From: an uncultured Candidatus Saccharibacteria bacterium
GTDB lineage: Bacteria; Patescibacteriota; Saccharimonadia; Saccharimonadales; 2-12-FULL-41-12
Direction: 5' to 3'
DNA length: 64,000 nt
NCBI GenBank assembly: GCA_964404795.1
Contig: CAYOLI010000004.1
Location: 29,985-93,984 of the forward strand
The notes below the pieces were generated by a model. It saw only the letters and a list, made by a program, of their open reading frames with translations, was not told where the DNA came from and did not search any database. The position numbers and the translations under genes were made by a program. Positions 53,901-64,000 of this stretch are shown in pieces (within the stretch, counting starts at the first letter, position 1; each line of letters opens with the position of its first letter).

Positions 53901-54125
53901 TACAAAAAAATTACAGGAGAAATGGTTTATGTTAATGCAGAAAGCACAAAAACTTTGACCAGAAAATACAGCCCGACCAGGCAAGAAACAGAACGACTAG
54001 CTTTATTGATAGAGCGAGTCTGGCAAAAAATTATGAACTTAGATTTGCCGGATGTAACCTCATACCCTGATGGAATAGAAGGTATTCACCAATTTGAAGA
54101 AGATTTATTAAGCGGAAAAATCTAG
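50901..54125 (+). CDS. UvrD/PcrA/AddA-family SF1 helicase fused to a C-terminal PD-(D/E)xK (RecB/Cas4-like) nuclease
   Basis: Helicase motifs AGPGTGKTQ, LIDEFQDSN, VGDDDQSIFAFNGA, NYRSNQ, VHKAKGLEFD, and YVATSRAK. C-terminus IDGKLDRIDIL...IVDYKTG...QLIFYSLL. Confidence 0.85.
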   Translation: MDKYEREYEKLNVEQKRAVDAIDGPVLVIAGPGTGKTQLLSMRVANILRTTDTDAQNILCLTFTNKAAKNMKDRLITLIGSEARFVHVKTFHSFAAEIMNSYPEYFWNGATLTNVPETAQIEIIESILKKLPHDNPLALKFAGSFTTSNSVLKSIGLAKEAGLTPQKLEALIAANLSYIKLIEQELVNILSETISNKRLLQLKSKINGLPNQKIDSQISPLVSLKTKIVASLVQAISLDENTNKATNTSKWKNQWVQNVAGERGMHKEIKRNNWWLELAKVYSAYRDNLHLRGFYDYSDMLIEVISQLEQNPELLADVQENFLYLLIDEFQDSNAAQLRLAHLVANSQSANGMPNIMAVGDDDQSIFAFNGAELKNMYFFERTYKGVKEIVLTSNYRSNQAVIDASEAIIKNAKDRLSNQKKSLNKKLISEKEKRKGEIIHYIYPTKEHQTTEVVELIANKWQSNNLRSKKDTIAVLARNHDTLIRLSAELLQKGVPINYEKQSNIFDSEVVQQIILFSKIIVGITQGNRENVNSSLVSTLQHPMWGIDPIPLWQLAIKKPHDWLSEMASSNQILFKQIAKYFFDVASIAERSPLSLIMEYIIGLRPIADFPSPIKKHFAQKEAVSHNYLTGLSAIQLVRQLVKEFTISVRPRLKDFVSFIEINELNKKMITDESPFVTDNDAVNLYTVHKAKGLEFDTVFIVDAIDDNWKPKPSRFKPPANLPLQPPLETDDDYARLLYVATSRAKHSIIVTSYELNSSNSEVSPTPLLHGAMEQCKILNFSKDENIQALENAIKWPRLSIDKEKALLAPRLTTFSINVSNLINFLDVSRGGPSLFLRRNLLQLPEAKSTIFANGTAMHRSLELAQKLINSEKFEISPVIEEFKNRLKEEGLPDYEEKQLIDRGVTALTNFFSIYQLPKGSKPEQRLKEVVLTNATIDGKLDRIDILNKDSLNIVDYKTGTPLSSFQTTNKSLTVKAWRQKTQLIFYSLLAQNHPRFSKYKKITGEMVYVNAESTKTLTRKYSPTRQETERLALLIERVWQKIMNLDLPDVTSYPDGIEGIHQFEEDLLSGKI

Positions 54126-55106
54126 ATCCACCTTATTATTTTTTTCATAAACAGAAAATACCGGCAAATCACCCTTGGTTAAAATAGACGCAGTACTGAA
54201 TGAATATAGTAACATCGCAATCAAGCCAATTTTTTTTGCATCTGGCTCAGCGTACAGTTTGTCGCATATGAATTTCGCTCTTGGGATGTCCATTGCAAAG
54301 GCCTGAATTATACCGCTACTTACATCGCGAACTCTTTGCTGGTTAAGGGTCATATTATCGATATCAATATTTACTACAATAAATGCCTCTTGGTGGGCAC
54401 CATCAAGCTCTGCAACTACCTTTTTTCGATCGATATAATCATTTAATACTTCTCTTCTGTTAAAACTGGTATTTGAGAAATCCTTGCTAAATTTCGCACA
54501 ATTAGTTGCAATATCTTCAATCACGAAATCAAGATAATCTTCGTTAACACTAGGATCCATCAAACTTTCGATGCTTTTTTTCAGTAACGTCCGTTCTTGA
54601 TAGATATTAGATATAATTTCGGGAGCAAAATCTATCGCCCCACAGCCAGATTTACTGCTCTCCGTTCCCAGCGCAGTATGCCCACCAAATTCAATACCAT
54701 TCTCATCAAGCATATCCATACTTTTTTTATAAATACCATTTAGATTATCTGTTTCGTCGAGCATGCTTGCATTCCCTAGTAGTGACGCCATAACCATTGT
54801 TGCTCCTCCCCCAAACAATTTTTGTCTCGAGGGGATGGTCTGACTAGAAGAGTTACTGCTCTGCATTAGAAAGGAATCCGCATGCCTACCATCACTACAA
54901 CCATCATCTACCGAATTAACTTCTTGTAATAACTTTTCATCCTGGACTATCTCTGTTATCAAATCGTGACTCATCCGAGTGTTACCCTCGAGAGTTTCTA
55001 TCCTAACAAGGCCCGAGATATTCCCACTGCCGTATCCAAGCCCTTCTGGCGCAATTTCTTCAATATTCCAAGCGTTCTCTTTTACGGTTTCCAAATTTTT
55101 CATCAA
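54108..55106 (-). CDS. Hypothetical protein with a C-x-D-x-R ... H-x11-C-G-A motif pair
   Basis: 332-aa ORF directly downstream of atpC (2-nt gap). C70-S-D72-G-R74 and H143...C155-G-A. No confident family assignment. Confidence 0.5.
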   Translation of the reverse strand: MMKNLETVKENAWNIEEIAPEGLGYGSGNISGLVRIETLEGNTRMSHDLITEIVQDEKLLQEVNSVDDGCSDGRHADSFLMQSSNSSSQTIPSRQKLFGGGATMVMASLLGNASMLDETDNLNGIYKKSMDMLDENGIEFGGHTALGTESSKSGCGAIDFAPEIISNIYQERTLLKKSIESLMDPSVNEDYLDFVIEDIATNCAKFSKDFSNTSFNRREVLNDYIDRKKVVAELDGAHQEAFIVVNIDIDNMTLNQQRVRDVSSGIIQAFAMDIPRAKFICDKLYAEPDAKKIGLIAMLLYSFSTASILTKGDLPVFSVYEKNNKVDLDFSA

Positions 55107-55108
55107 CT

Positions 55109-56943
<1,835 letters not shown>

Positions 56944-57816
56944 TCAATTAGCAGTAACTGCTGCTGCCCCTCCAGCAATTTCCGCAATTTCCTGCGTAAT
57001 TGCTGCTTGCCTAGCCGTATTGAACTCTAGGGTTAAGTCATCAATAATATCTGATGCATTGTCAGTAGCATTTTTCATCGCGATCATCCGCATAGACTGT
57101 TCACTTGCCAAACTCTCTAACAGCGCTTGCCAAATTAGTGCTTCGATGAGTCGCAAAGTAGAGTCTTTTACAATAGCATCGATAGATGGTTCCAAAAAGG
57201 CAACCTCGAGTGGAGATAGCTTGTGATCTTCAGACAATGGTGCAGGGAGTACTTGCACAATCTTGGCTTGTTGGCTCATATTTGAAACAAATTCTGTATA
57301 AGCAATATCTACTATATCCACTTTGCCTTGGTCAAATAGGTCGAGTGCAGTTTGGAGTATGGGCCTAATATCGGCAGGCGAGGGCTCTTTTGAAAACATC
57401 GGATAAGATCCAACTGTTTCAATACCTTGAAGCTTAGCTACGAATCGACCGGCCTGACGACCAATCGTTATAACCAAATTATGTACCTTACTCGCTTGGT
57501 CTTGTTTAAGTTGGTTTGTGACAAGTTTTAGGATGTTACTGTCATAAGCTCCAGCTAGTCCACGATCGCTGGTTATTACAATACTCAACCTAGTTTTTAA
57601 TGACCTCCTAGAGAATAAGGGGTGTTGCCTGACATCGCTAATAGTGCTCATATTTTTAAAGATATCTTGAGAAAATTCTCGATAACTCCTAGAACTTTGT
57701 GCGCTGTTTTGCGCTTTTTTCATCTTACTAGCTGCAACCAATTGCATCGCTTTTGTTAATTGTCGTGTATTTTTAACACTACCAATTCGTCTTTTTAGGG
57801 CTGTAATATTTGACAT
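56944..57816 (-). CDS. atpG: F1 ATP synthase gamma subunit
   Basis: N-terminal I..V.NT.QLTKAMQLVAASKM and C-terminal NTARQAAITQEI.EI..GA. Confidence 0.92.
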   Translation of the reverse strand: MSNITALKRRIGSVKNTRQLTKAMQLVAASKMKKAQNSAQSSRSYREFSQDIFKNMSTISDVRQHPLFSRRSLKTRLSIVITSDRGLAGAYDSNILKLVTNQLKQDQASKVHNLVITIGRQAGRFVAKLQGIETVGSYPMFSKEPSPADIRPILQTALDLFDQGKVDIVDIAYTEFVSNMSQQAKIVQVLPAPLSEDHKLSPLEVAFLEPSIDAIVKDSTLRLIEALIWQALLESLASEQSMRMIAMKNATDNASDIIDDLTLEFNTARQAAITQEIAEIAGGAAAVTAN

Positions 57817-57819
57817 ATT

Positions 57820-59358
57820 TTATGCCTTTTTCTCCTGATAGCCCTTACTTACGTCTTCGGCAACCTTCAGGATAATACTAGTTTCGGCATCTGTTGGCTT
57901 ATCGCCCTTGTCTAAATTAGTCATTTCTTTGTTGTGCTTTTTCGAAAGCTCAGCCAAAAATGCTTCCTGGCAAGCATGGATGTCATTCGGCGCTACTTTA
58001 TCAAAAACACCCTTAGTTGCAGCTAACAACATTGCAGTTTGCTGCCAGACAGAGTAGGGAGAATATTGAGGTTGTTTAAGTAATTCTGTCAATCTTTGAC
58101 CTCTGTCTATGCGCTGTTTCGTCTCGGCATCTAAATCACTACCGAATTGAGCAAATGCTGCCAATTCTCTAAATTGCGCCAAATTTAATCTTAAGCTTCC
58201 AGCTACACTTTTTACAGCTTTAGTTTGTGCTGAGCCACCGACACGCGAAACCGAAGTTCCAACCGAAATTGCAGGCCTAATACCCTGATAGAAAAGGTCG
58301 GTTTCCAAAAATATCTGGCCATCAGTAATCGATATAACGTTAGTTGGAATATATGCACTAATATCTCCGGCTTGCGTCTCGATAATCGGTAGAGCAGTCA
58401 AACTACCGCCGCCTCTTTGGTCAGACAATTTAGCAGATCTTTCAAGCAAGCGCGAATGAAGATAAAATACATCCCCAGGGAATGCCTCTCTTCCTGGAGG
58501 GCGCCTAAGCAACAAGCTCATTTGCCGATACGCAGCAGCGTGCTTAGATAGATCATCGTATATTATTAACGCGTGCTGCTTGTTATCACGGAAATACTCA
58601 CCCATGGCAGTACCAGCATAAGGTGCAAGATACTGTAAACTCGCAGGATCCGCTGCTGACGTAGCGACAATAATTGTCTGCTTCATAACACCTTCTTGCT
58701 CTAGTCGTTCGACCAAGCGCGCCACCTTGCTGGCTTTCAAACCAATAGCGACATAAATGTTTATTACACCAGTTTTTTGTTTGTGTTGATTTATCATAGT
58801 ATCAACTGTTATAGCGGTTTTTCCGGTCTGTCGATCACCAATGATTAGTTCTCGCTGTCCACGACCAATTGGAATCATTGCGTCAATTGCAGTTATCCCC
58901 GTCATCAAGGGCTCATGAACACTCTTCCTATCAAGTACGCCTGGTGCGTTTTGCTCGATCAATCCAAATTGATCCGCCTTAATTGGGCCTTTGCCGTCCA
59001 TGGGTATACCAAGTGGATTTACCACTCGTCCGACCAATGCAGGACCAACTGGAACCTCAAGTGGTCGACCAGTCAAAGTTACTTTTGCCCCAGCTTTTAC
59101 TAGTTGGTCACTCCCAAGTAAAACCGCACCAATCTCTTCCTCAGATAAGTTCAGAGCAAAAGCATTAACTTTCTCGCCATTTATACCCTCAATTTCCAAA
59201 ACCTCGTTTGAGCCACAGTTACGTAGTCCATAAATCCACGCAATACCATCGGCAGCTCTTGTGACAACACCAACATTTTCTATTTCTGGGCGTGATTTTA
59301 GCTGTTCGATTGCTTTTTTTATGTCTGCAGACAGTTCTTTTACTGTGATATCACTCAT
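57820..59358 (-). CDS. atpA: F1 ATP synthase alpha subunit
   Basis: GDRQTGKTA Walker [11 protein letters not shown], and [20 protein letters not shown]. Confidence 0.97.
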   Translation of the reverse strand: MSDITVKELSADIKKAIEQLKSRPEIENVGVVTRAADGIAWIYGLRNCGSNEVLEIEGINGEKVNAFALNLSEEEIGAVLLGSDQLVKAGAKVTLTGRPLEVPVGPALVGRVVNPLGIPMDGKGPIKADQFGLIEQNAPGVLDRKSVHEPLMTGITAIDAMIPIGRGQRELIIGDRQTGKTAITVDTMINQHKQKTGVINIYVAIGLKASKVARLVERLEQEGVMKQTIIVATSAADPASLQYLAPYAGTAMGEYFRDNKQHALIIYDDLSKHAAAYRQMSLLLRRPPGREAFPGDVFYLHSRLLERSAKLSDQRGGGSLTALPIIETQAGDISAYIPTNVISITDGQIFLETDLFYQGIRPAISVGTSVSRVGGSAQTKAVKSVAGSLRLNLAQFRELAAFAQFGSDLDAETKQRIDRGQRLTELLKQPQYSPYSVWQQTAMLLAATKGVFDKVAPNDIHACQEAFLAELSKKHNKEMTNLDKGDKPTDAETSIILKVAEDVSKGYQEKKA

Positions 59359-59370
59359 TTCATCCCTTCC

Positions 59371-59763
59371 TTAATTAGAATATGATTTCATTAAATTCAT
59401 TTTATACTTGATGGTCATATCCAGCAGTTCGTGAGGAAATTCAAGTCGTACACCACCAATAACGCTTGGATCGACTAGCTCGTTTACGACCACGTGTTTT
59501 GTCTTTGGTCGCAATTTTTTTACTAGTTTAACAACTTCATTTCTCTCTGTTAACCGTAGTGGTTTAGCAGATACAGCATTTAGTTCCACAACACCATCTT
59601 CATCGTCTAAAATCGTCAACACATCCCTAGAAATTGAATTTATATCGCTGGTTTTATTACTTTCAATCAGGTAAGCCGCAACTTCTGTAGCAATTTTTTT
59701 TGACGATTTAAAGCGGTTAGTAACAATATAGTTAGCTACAGCCATTGTAGAGTATTTAGCCAT
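59371..59763 (-). CDS. atpH: F1 ATP synthase delta subunit (short, 130 aa)
   Basis: Sits between atpF and atpA. The C-terminal VD.S.IGG.R... pattern is typical of delta/OSCP. Confidence 0.7.
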   Translation of the reverse strand: MAKYSTMAVANYIVTNRFKSSKKIATEVAAYLIESNKTSDINSISRDVLTILDDEDGVVELNAVSAKPLRLTERNEVVKLVKKLRPKTKHVVVNELVDPSVIGGVRLEFPHELLDMTIKYKMNLMKSYSN

Positions 59764-59765
59764 GT

Positions 59766-60305
59766 CTATGCCTGTTCCTTTATCGCACTATTGATGAGTT
59801 CTGCATCTTTTTTGGGATCAATCTTTTCTTTCAGTATCATTTCTGTGGCACGAACAACCAAGTTTATAGCTTCTTTTTCGACCGCTCTTTTTGCTTGCTC
59901 TGTCTCGCGTTCTAATTTTTGATGAGCTTGAGCTACCAACATCTCAATTTTGCTTTGTGCCGAGTTTTCGGCTTCCTTAATAATCGAACTAGCCCTGGCT
60001 TGAGCTTCGCTTAGAATCTCATCGGCATGCTTGCGTGCCTCAACCCGAATGTTTTGCACTTCAGTATCGAGTTTTTCTTTTTCAAGCTTCATTTCGGTCG
60101 TTAACTTCACGCCTTCCTCTATGGTTTTGCGTCGTTTTTCTAACAAATCGACAATAATTCCAAAAACAAACCTCTTTAATATGTAAAACACAAATAAAAA
60201 GGTAATCAGCTGAATCAAAAACGCACGAACATCAAAACCCAAGGCAGCAATGCCAGTTGCCTCTTCTCCAGACGATTTTGCTAAAAAGTGCAGTGTATAG
60301 TTCAC
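59766..60305 (-). CDS. atpF: Fo ATP synthase subunit b
   Basis: Single N-terminal TM followed by a long charged coiled coil (…LLEKRRKTIEEG…). Operon position. Confidence 0.85.
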   Translation of the reverse strand: MNYTLHFLAKSSGEEATGIAALGFDVRAFLIQLITFLFVFYILKRFVFGIIVDLLEKRRKTIEEGVKLTTEMKLEKEKLDTEVQNIRVEARKHADEILSEAQARASSIIKEAENSAQSKIEMLVAQAHQKLERETEQAKRAVEKEAINLVVRATEMILKEKIDPKKDAELINSAIKEQA

Positions 60306-60322
60306 AAAATTAAATCAATTTC

Positions 60323-60553
60323 CTATTTAATGATAAAGAATGCACCCACGGCAACAATTCCAAAAAACTCTGCCATACCAACAAAGATAAACAAGGTGCT
60401 AAGAAACTTAGACGACTCTGGGTTACGACTTACTGCGTTCATGTAGGCAGCACCCATAATTCCAATTGCAATTGCAGGGCCTAAGCCCCCCACGCCAACT
60501 GCAATACCTTTTGCAATAACCGCGGTGTTTACTGCTTCTGCTAAATAATCCAT
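60323..60553 (-). CDS. atpE: Fo ATP synthase subunit c (H+-type carboxylate, MAEFFG)
   Basis: 76-aa hairpin with a G-rich helix 1, the polar loop RNPE, and a helix 2 Glu in GMAEFFGI. Confidence 0.92.
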   Translation of the reverse strand: MDYLAEAVNTAVIAKGIAVGVGGLGPAIAIGIMGAAYMNAVSRNPESSKFLSTLFIFVGMAEFFGIVAVGAFFIIK

Positions 60554-60601
60554 ATTTTTCTCCTTTATTTAATTAACAACTATGTATCATAACAATTCTA
60601 A

Positions 60602-61390
60602 CTATCGGCTGGCCTCCTGGTGTTCTTGAGTGTGCCCAGCAGTCGTAGCTGCCAAATATGCGATGCAAAGCACCACAAATATAAACGCCTGCAAAACCCC
60701 AACAAAAATTTCTAATAACGTAAAGGGTAGGGCCGCTATTGGGGCAGCAAACGTGCCTCCTAGATAGCTAGCAACTGATATTAGTATCTCACCAACTGCA
60801 ACATTTAAAAAGAGTCGAAGCCCCAAACTAATCAGTCGAGTAAACTCTGTAAAAATTTCGAAAAGGCCAATTAGGTAATTAGCTGGATTTAAAAAGCTTA
60901 GTGGAAAATAATGTTTTATATGTCCGAGGCCACCATTTTCTTTTATTGCTAACACCTGCACAACAATCATGCCAAAAATGGCCATGGCAAATGTCGAGTT
61001 TGCGTCTGCCGTAAAGGCCCTAAAAAGCGAACTCTCGTTGTAAACAATGGCTGGTCCAACCCCAGGTAAAAGACCGAACCAATTATTGAGCATTATAAAA
61101 AAGAACATACTAGCAAATATTGGCGCGTATTTTATAGCCAACGTTCTATTACCCAATGTATTTTCGACAATCCCCACCATAAACTCGGTTCCAACATCCA
61201 ATAGTTGAGACACGCCTTTGTTGCCCTTGAGTTTGATAGCTTTTGTGCCTAAATAAAAACAAATTATTATTACAATTGCACTTATCCAGCCAAATAAAAT
61301 TGAGTTAGTTATTGGGAACCCACCAATTTCAAAAAGTTTATCTGGGGTAATTACGGTATGGATTTCGCTCGATCCAAACAAACTAATCAA
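60602..61390 (-). CDS. atpB: Fo ATP synthase subunit a
   Basis: The essential Arg region LISLGLRLFLNVAVGE and a C-terminal TM pair. Confidence 0.9.
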   Translation of the reverse strand: MISLFGSSEIHTVITPDKLFEIGGFPITNSILFGWISAIVIIICFYLGTKAIKLKGNKGVSQLLDVGTEFMVGIVENTLGNRTLAIKYAPIFASMFFFIMLNNWFGLLPGVGPAIVYNESSLFRAFTADANSTFAMAIFGMIVVQVLAIKENGGLGHIKHYFPLSFLNPANYLIGLFEIFTEFTRLISLGLRLFLNVAVGEILISVASYLGGTFAAPIAALPFTLLEIFVGVLQAFIFVVLCIAYLAATTAGHTQEHQEASR

Positions 61391-61662
61391 TTCTTATCAG
61401 CTCCTTTTGAAATTTTTATGATAACGTTTCTTAAAACAAACGCAGATAGCACTATGCCCAAACCAAAACCGATTAAAGCATAAGTCTGACCATGACCAAC
61501 TTTCGAGTCAATCATCTTGCCTACAAAAATAGGAAGTAACATCGCCCCAAGCATTCGCCAACTGAGGTCAAATAAATTTACAAAGAATAATCTTCGAGAA
61601 GAGCTTGCGCGTTCTTCGGTTTTCTCAGTCGTCGAAATTGAATTGTCGACGGCTTTTGTCAT
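61387..61662 (-). CDS. AtpZ/AtpI-like small membrane protein preceding the atp operon
   Basis: Two TM helices with P.F.G...D motif (LPIFVGKMID). I prefer the start at M20 (61662), which has TTGTTT-17-TAGAAT upstream. The ORF is open to 61719. Confidence 0.6.
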   Translation of the reverse strand: MTKAVDNSISTTEKTEERASSSRRLFFVNLFDLSWRMLGAMLLPIFVGKMIDSKVGHGQTYALIGFGLGIVLSAFVLRNVIIKISKGADKN

Positions 61663-61753
61663 CACCTGCGTAATTCTATCAAAATCCAGGCAATCAAACA
61701 AGGGTAGCCAGCTACACACACGTAATAGAACAAAAATAGTTTAAACTAATACT

Positions 61754-62323
61754 GTGAGTTTTGAAGATTACAAGACCAAAAAATCTTTAGTTATCTGCTA
61801 CACCGGAGAAGGTAAGGGCAAAACCAGCGCTGGGCTAGGGCTTATAGTACGAGCGCTGGGCAACAGACAAAAAGTAGCATTTATCCAGTTTATAAAGTAT
61901 TGGGGAGTTAACGAACACGTTTTTTTAAGAGATATCAGTGAACTCTATTCGGACCAACTATTTTTTTACAAAGGTGGAAGGGGGTTTTTCAATGCGGGCG
62001 AATTAAGTGAAAAAAATATCAGCGACGAAGATCATAAAAAAGCTGCAAATGATACTTATAAAAAGGCGCTCAATATTGTAAAAAGTGGCTCTTACGATGT
62101 TGTAGTTTGCGATGAGATAAATAATGCTGTCAACGATGGGCTATTGAAAACTTCTGATCTAAAAAAACTTATCACACAAAAAAACTCTAACACTACTCTT
62201 TGTATTACCGGGCGCAACTTCCCAAAAGAGTTAATTGCACTAACCGACATAACTACCGACATGACCAAAATAAAGCATCACTTCGATGATAAATTTCTAG
62301 CAAACCCAGGAATCGATTACTAG
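61754..62323 (+). CDS. cobO: Cob(I)yrinic acid a,c-diamide / cob(I)alamin adenosyltransferase (CobA/CobO/BtuR type)
   Basis: YTGEGKGKTSAGLGL P-loop, FIQFIK, VVCDEIN, and TGRN motifs. GTG start. Confidence 0.8.
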   Translation: MSFEDYKTKKSLVICYTGEGKGKTSAGLGLIVRALGNRQKVAFIQFIKYWGVNEHVFLRDISELYSDQLFFYKGGRGFFNAGELSEKNISDEDHKKAANDTYKKALNIVKSGSYDVVVCDEINNAVNDGLLKTSDLKKLITQKNSNTTLCITGRNFPKELIALTDITTDMTKIKHHFDDKFLANPGIDY

Positions 62324-62343
62324 CTCGACCAGCAAGCATTTCA

Positions 62344-62946
62344 ATGAAAACACACTACCGACGGCATTCACGAAAACTCAACAAGCGCCAAGCATCTCTC
62401 GTCACAACCTTAATTGTTGCGATATTAATGGCGTTTTTTGGCAAAGATGCCATGACACCCCAAAACCAGACCGTAATTCATCAAAATAATCCAGGAAACT
62501 ACAAGGTGGTCGAGTTTTACGACGGCGATACTATTGCAGTAAATATGAACGGAGTAAAAGAAAAAGTTCGTTTAATCGGTGTAGACACACCGGAAACTCA
62601 CGACCCAAGAAAAGCAGTACAGTGTTTTGGACAAGCAGCTAGCGATTTTACAAAAAGAACTATTGGCGATAGTGCACTTCGCCTCGAGGCAGACCCTATC
62701 AACCAAAATCGAGATCGTTACAATCGATTACTGAGGTATGTCTACTTACCAGATGGTCGGTTATTAAACGCAGAAATTATCAAACAAGGATACGGATTTG
62801 CGTATCTTAGCTTTCCGTTTACAAAAAGTGACGAATTCAGAAAGTACCAAACCGAGGCCAGAGAGTCCAATTTAGGCCTTTGGAGCTCATGCCAACCCCA
62901 ACAAAACGAATTTGGTGGCTATACTAGCAACGATGTTACTCAATAG
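62344..62946 (+). CDS. nuc: Membrane-anchored/secreted thermonuclease (SNase fold)
   Basis: N-terminal TM, DGDTI...VRLIGVDTPE, RYNRLLRYVY, and GYGFAY. Confidence 0.85.
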   Translation: MKTHYRRHSRKLNKRQASLVTTLIVAILMAFFGKDAMTPQNQTVIHQNNPGNYKVVEFYDGDTIAVNMNGVKEKVRLIGVDTPETHDPRKAVQCFGQAASDFTKRTIGDSALRLEADPINQNRDRYNRLLRYVYLPDGRLLNAEIIKQGYGFAYLSFPFTKSDEFRKYQTEARESNLGLWSSCQPQQNEFGGYTSNDVTQ

Positions 62947-63790
62947 GTTTTATGCCAATCAATTTTTCGATGCTATAAAAACCTGCCAAAAGCAGTGCCA
63001 CTAGGCCAAATGGAAGCAAAGTTAGCCCAATAACCCAAGCAACTGGCTTGCTCAAGGCATCTTGTCTAGCTTTTGCTAACGTGCCCATTTTTTTATGTCT
63101 TTTATAGGTTTTCCTCTTTCGCAGTTCATAATCTAACATTTTTGGTATATAGGCCATGCGTTCACCATCTGTTGTTATGCGCAAACTATTAATGTAATCA
63201 ATCTTATAACCACGGCTCTTTATCAGAATAGAGATGTCTTGATCTTCGTGTACCTCATTGTCGTCTTTCGAGGTCTGTTTCTTTATCTCATGCCAAATAC
63301 TTTTGCGAATTACCATGTTGGGTCCCCATAACACGTTAAAACCCAAATACGACCACATATGTAAAAAATATAAACGAGACCAAATTACAGAGTAAATAGG
63401 GATAAAGCTCGCGACCGCCAATGTTCTTCCCGGTCCGGTGATGGCCACGGTTTCTCTTTGCGCAAATTTAGCAAGAACCACCTTGACCCAATTTCTATCG
63501 ATTATCGAATCTGCGTCTAATCTTGCAATTAACTCTCCGCTGGCCTTATCAAAACCATAGTTCCTAGATGCAATCAGACCTTGTTCTTTCTGCTTAACAA
63601 CTTTAACGAAATCGTATTCTTCAGCAATTTCCAAAGTTCTGTCTGTAGAATTATTATTTACTACAATCACCTCATACGGAGCTACGGTTTGCTTGGCAAT
63701 TGCATCAAGACAATCTGGCAAGTGGCGCTCTTCGTTGTATGCAGGTATAATTATCGAAAGCGTAAGCGGTTTCATAAATAACTTCAACAT
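62936..63790 (-). CDS. GT2-family glycosyltransferase with a C-terminal TM
   Basis: LSIIIPAYNEERHLPDCLDAI, VVNNNSTD, and ARLDADS (DxD region). Confidence 0.8.
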   Translation of the reverse strand: MLKLFMKPLTLSIIIPAYNEERHLPDCLDAIAKQTVAPYEVIVVNNNSTDRTLEIAEEYDFVKVVKQKEQGLIASRNYGFDKASGELIARLDADSIIDRNWVKVVLAKFAQRETVAITGPGRTLAVASFIPIYSVIWSRLYFLHMWSYLGFNVLWGPNMVIRKSIWHEIKKQTSKDDNEVHEDQDISILIKSRGYKIDYINSLRITTDGERMAYIPKMLDYELRKRKTYKRHKKMGTLAKARQDALSKPVAWVIGLTLLPFGLVALLLAGFYSIEKLIGIKPIE

Positions 63791-63804
63791 GCATCATAAC
63801 AACA

Positions 63805-64000
63805 ATGGCATCTAACAAAAAGAATCCATCAGCTCGTAAAAAGAGCAGGGCAGGAGTAAAGTCCAAGACCAAATCATTACTTTGGACAGATAGAAACTGG
63901 GTCTTTCGAAGTTTTATTCTGATTTTATGTATTTTTTTAACAATTGTTTTCGCTAGCTATATTATTGCTTTTTCATATCAAAAAAAGCATCAGAACGAGC
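63805..64000 (+). CDS. Partial ORF (3' end outside the window): basic N-terminus followed by a TM helix
   Basis: The ATG at 63805 opens a frame with no stop to the window end (MASNKKNPSARKKSRAG...FILILCIFLTIVFASYIIAF). Not in the supplied ORF track because it is truncated. Confidence 0.45.
   Translation, partial: MASNKKNPSARKKSRAGVKSKTKSLLWTDRNWVFRSFILILCIFLTIVFASYIIAFSYQKKHQNE

Noticed and set aside
60323-60553. Possible Na+-coupled c-subunit
   Set aside because: The helix-2 site reads MAEFFG, without the Ser/Thr following the Glu, and helix 1 lacks the Gln expected for Na+ binding. An H+-type subunit is more likely.

Overview
AT-rich (about 35-40% GC by eye), very gene-dense bacterial chromosome segment. 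About 75 protein genes and 5 tRNAs, with many 4-40 nt gene overlaps. I saw no rRNA, CRISPR array, transposase, integrase or phage genes. The gene content and style suggest a reduced-genome Patescibacteria/CPR organism, possibly Saccharibacteria-like. That is inference only and needs a database search.

Content, in order:
- rpoA(3' end)-rplQ-rplM-rpsI, trpS, rluD-like, holB-like.
- A tRNA-Tyr/Thr/Thr cluster with rpmG.
- A translationally coupled glycosyltransferase-GH57-GH15 glucan operon.
- tRNA-Trp, a P-loop kinase, a DUF45-like metallohydrolase and an orphan histidine kinase.
- secE-nusG-rplK-rplA, separated from rplJ-rplL by dcd, a tmk-thyX fusion and a transglutaminase-like gene.
- dnaX, dnaB, ybaB, recR, nrnA, cysS.
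- A minus-strand alpha/beta hydrolase-GT4-GT4-AI-2E permease block.
- FAD-linked oxidase, NDH-2, archaeal-type aspS.
- cyoABCDE quinol oxidase, a GH37 trehalase, a UvrD-like helicase-nuclease.
- A complete F1Fo ATP synthase operon, cobO, a thermonuclease and a GT2.

Most of the window is housekeeping, and I cannot point to a clear multi-gene novel system. The observations most worth follow-up are:
1. A promoter-to-terminator structured RNA at 20060-20216 with explicit terminator/antiterminator alternatives.
2. A compositionally foreign small ORF at 40275-40631, with a long terminator-containing leader and a nested-hairpin 3' element.
3. A three-domain Tmk plus tandem-ThyX fusion next to dcd, inside the rplKA/rplJL cluster.
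4. A recurrent '-10 hexamer, 6-8 nt, ATG' geometry implying widespread leaderless mRNAs, which revises several start codons.
5. A tRNA-Gln whose CCA end lies 6 nt from the next ATG.

All functional calls come from motif recognition in the supplied translations. No searches were run.
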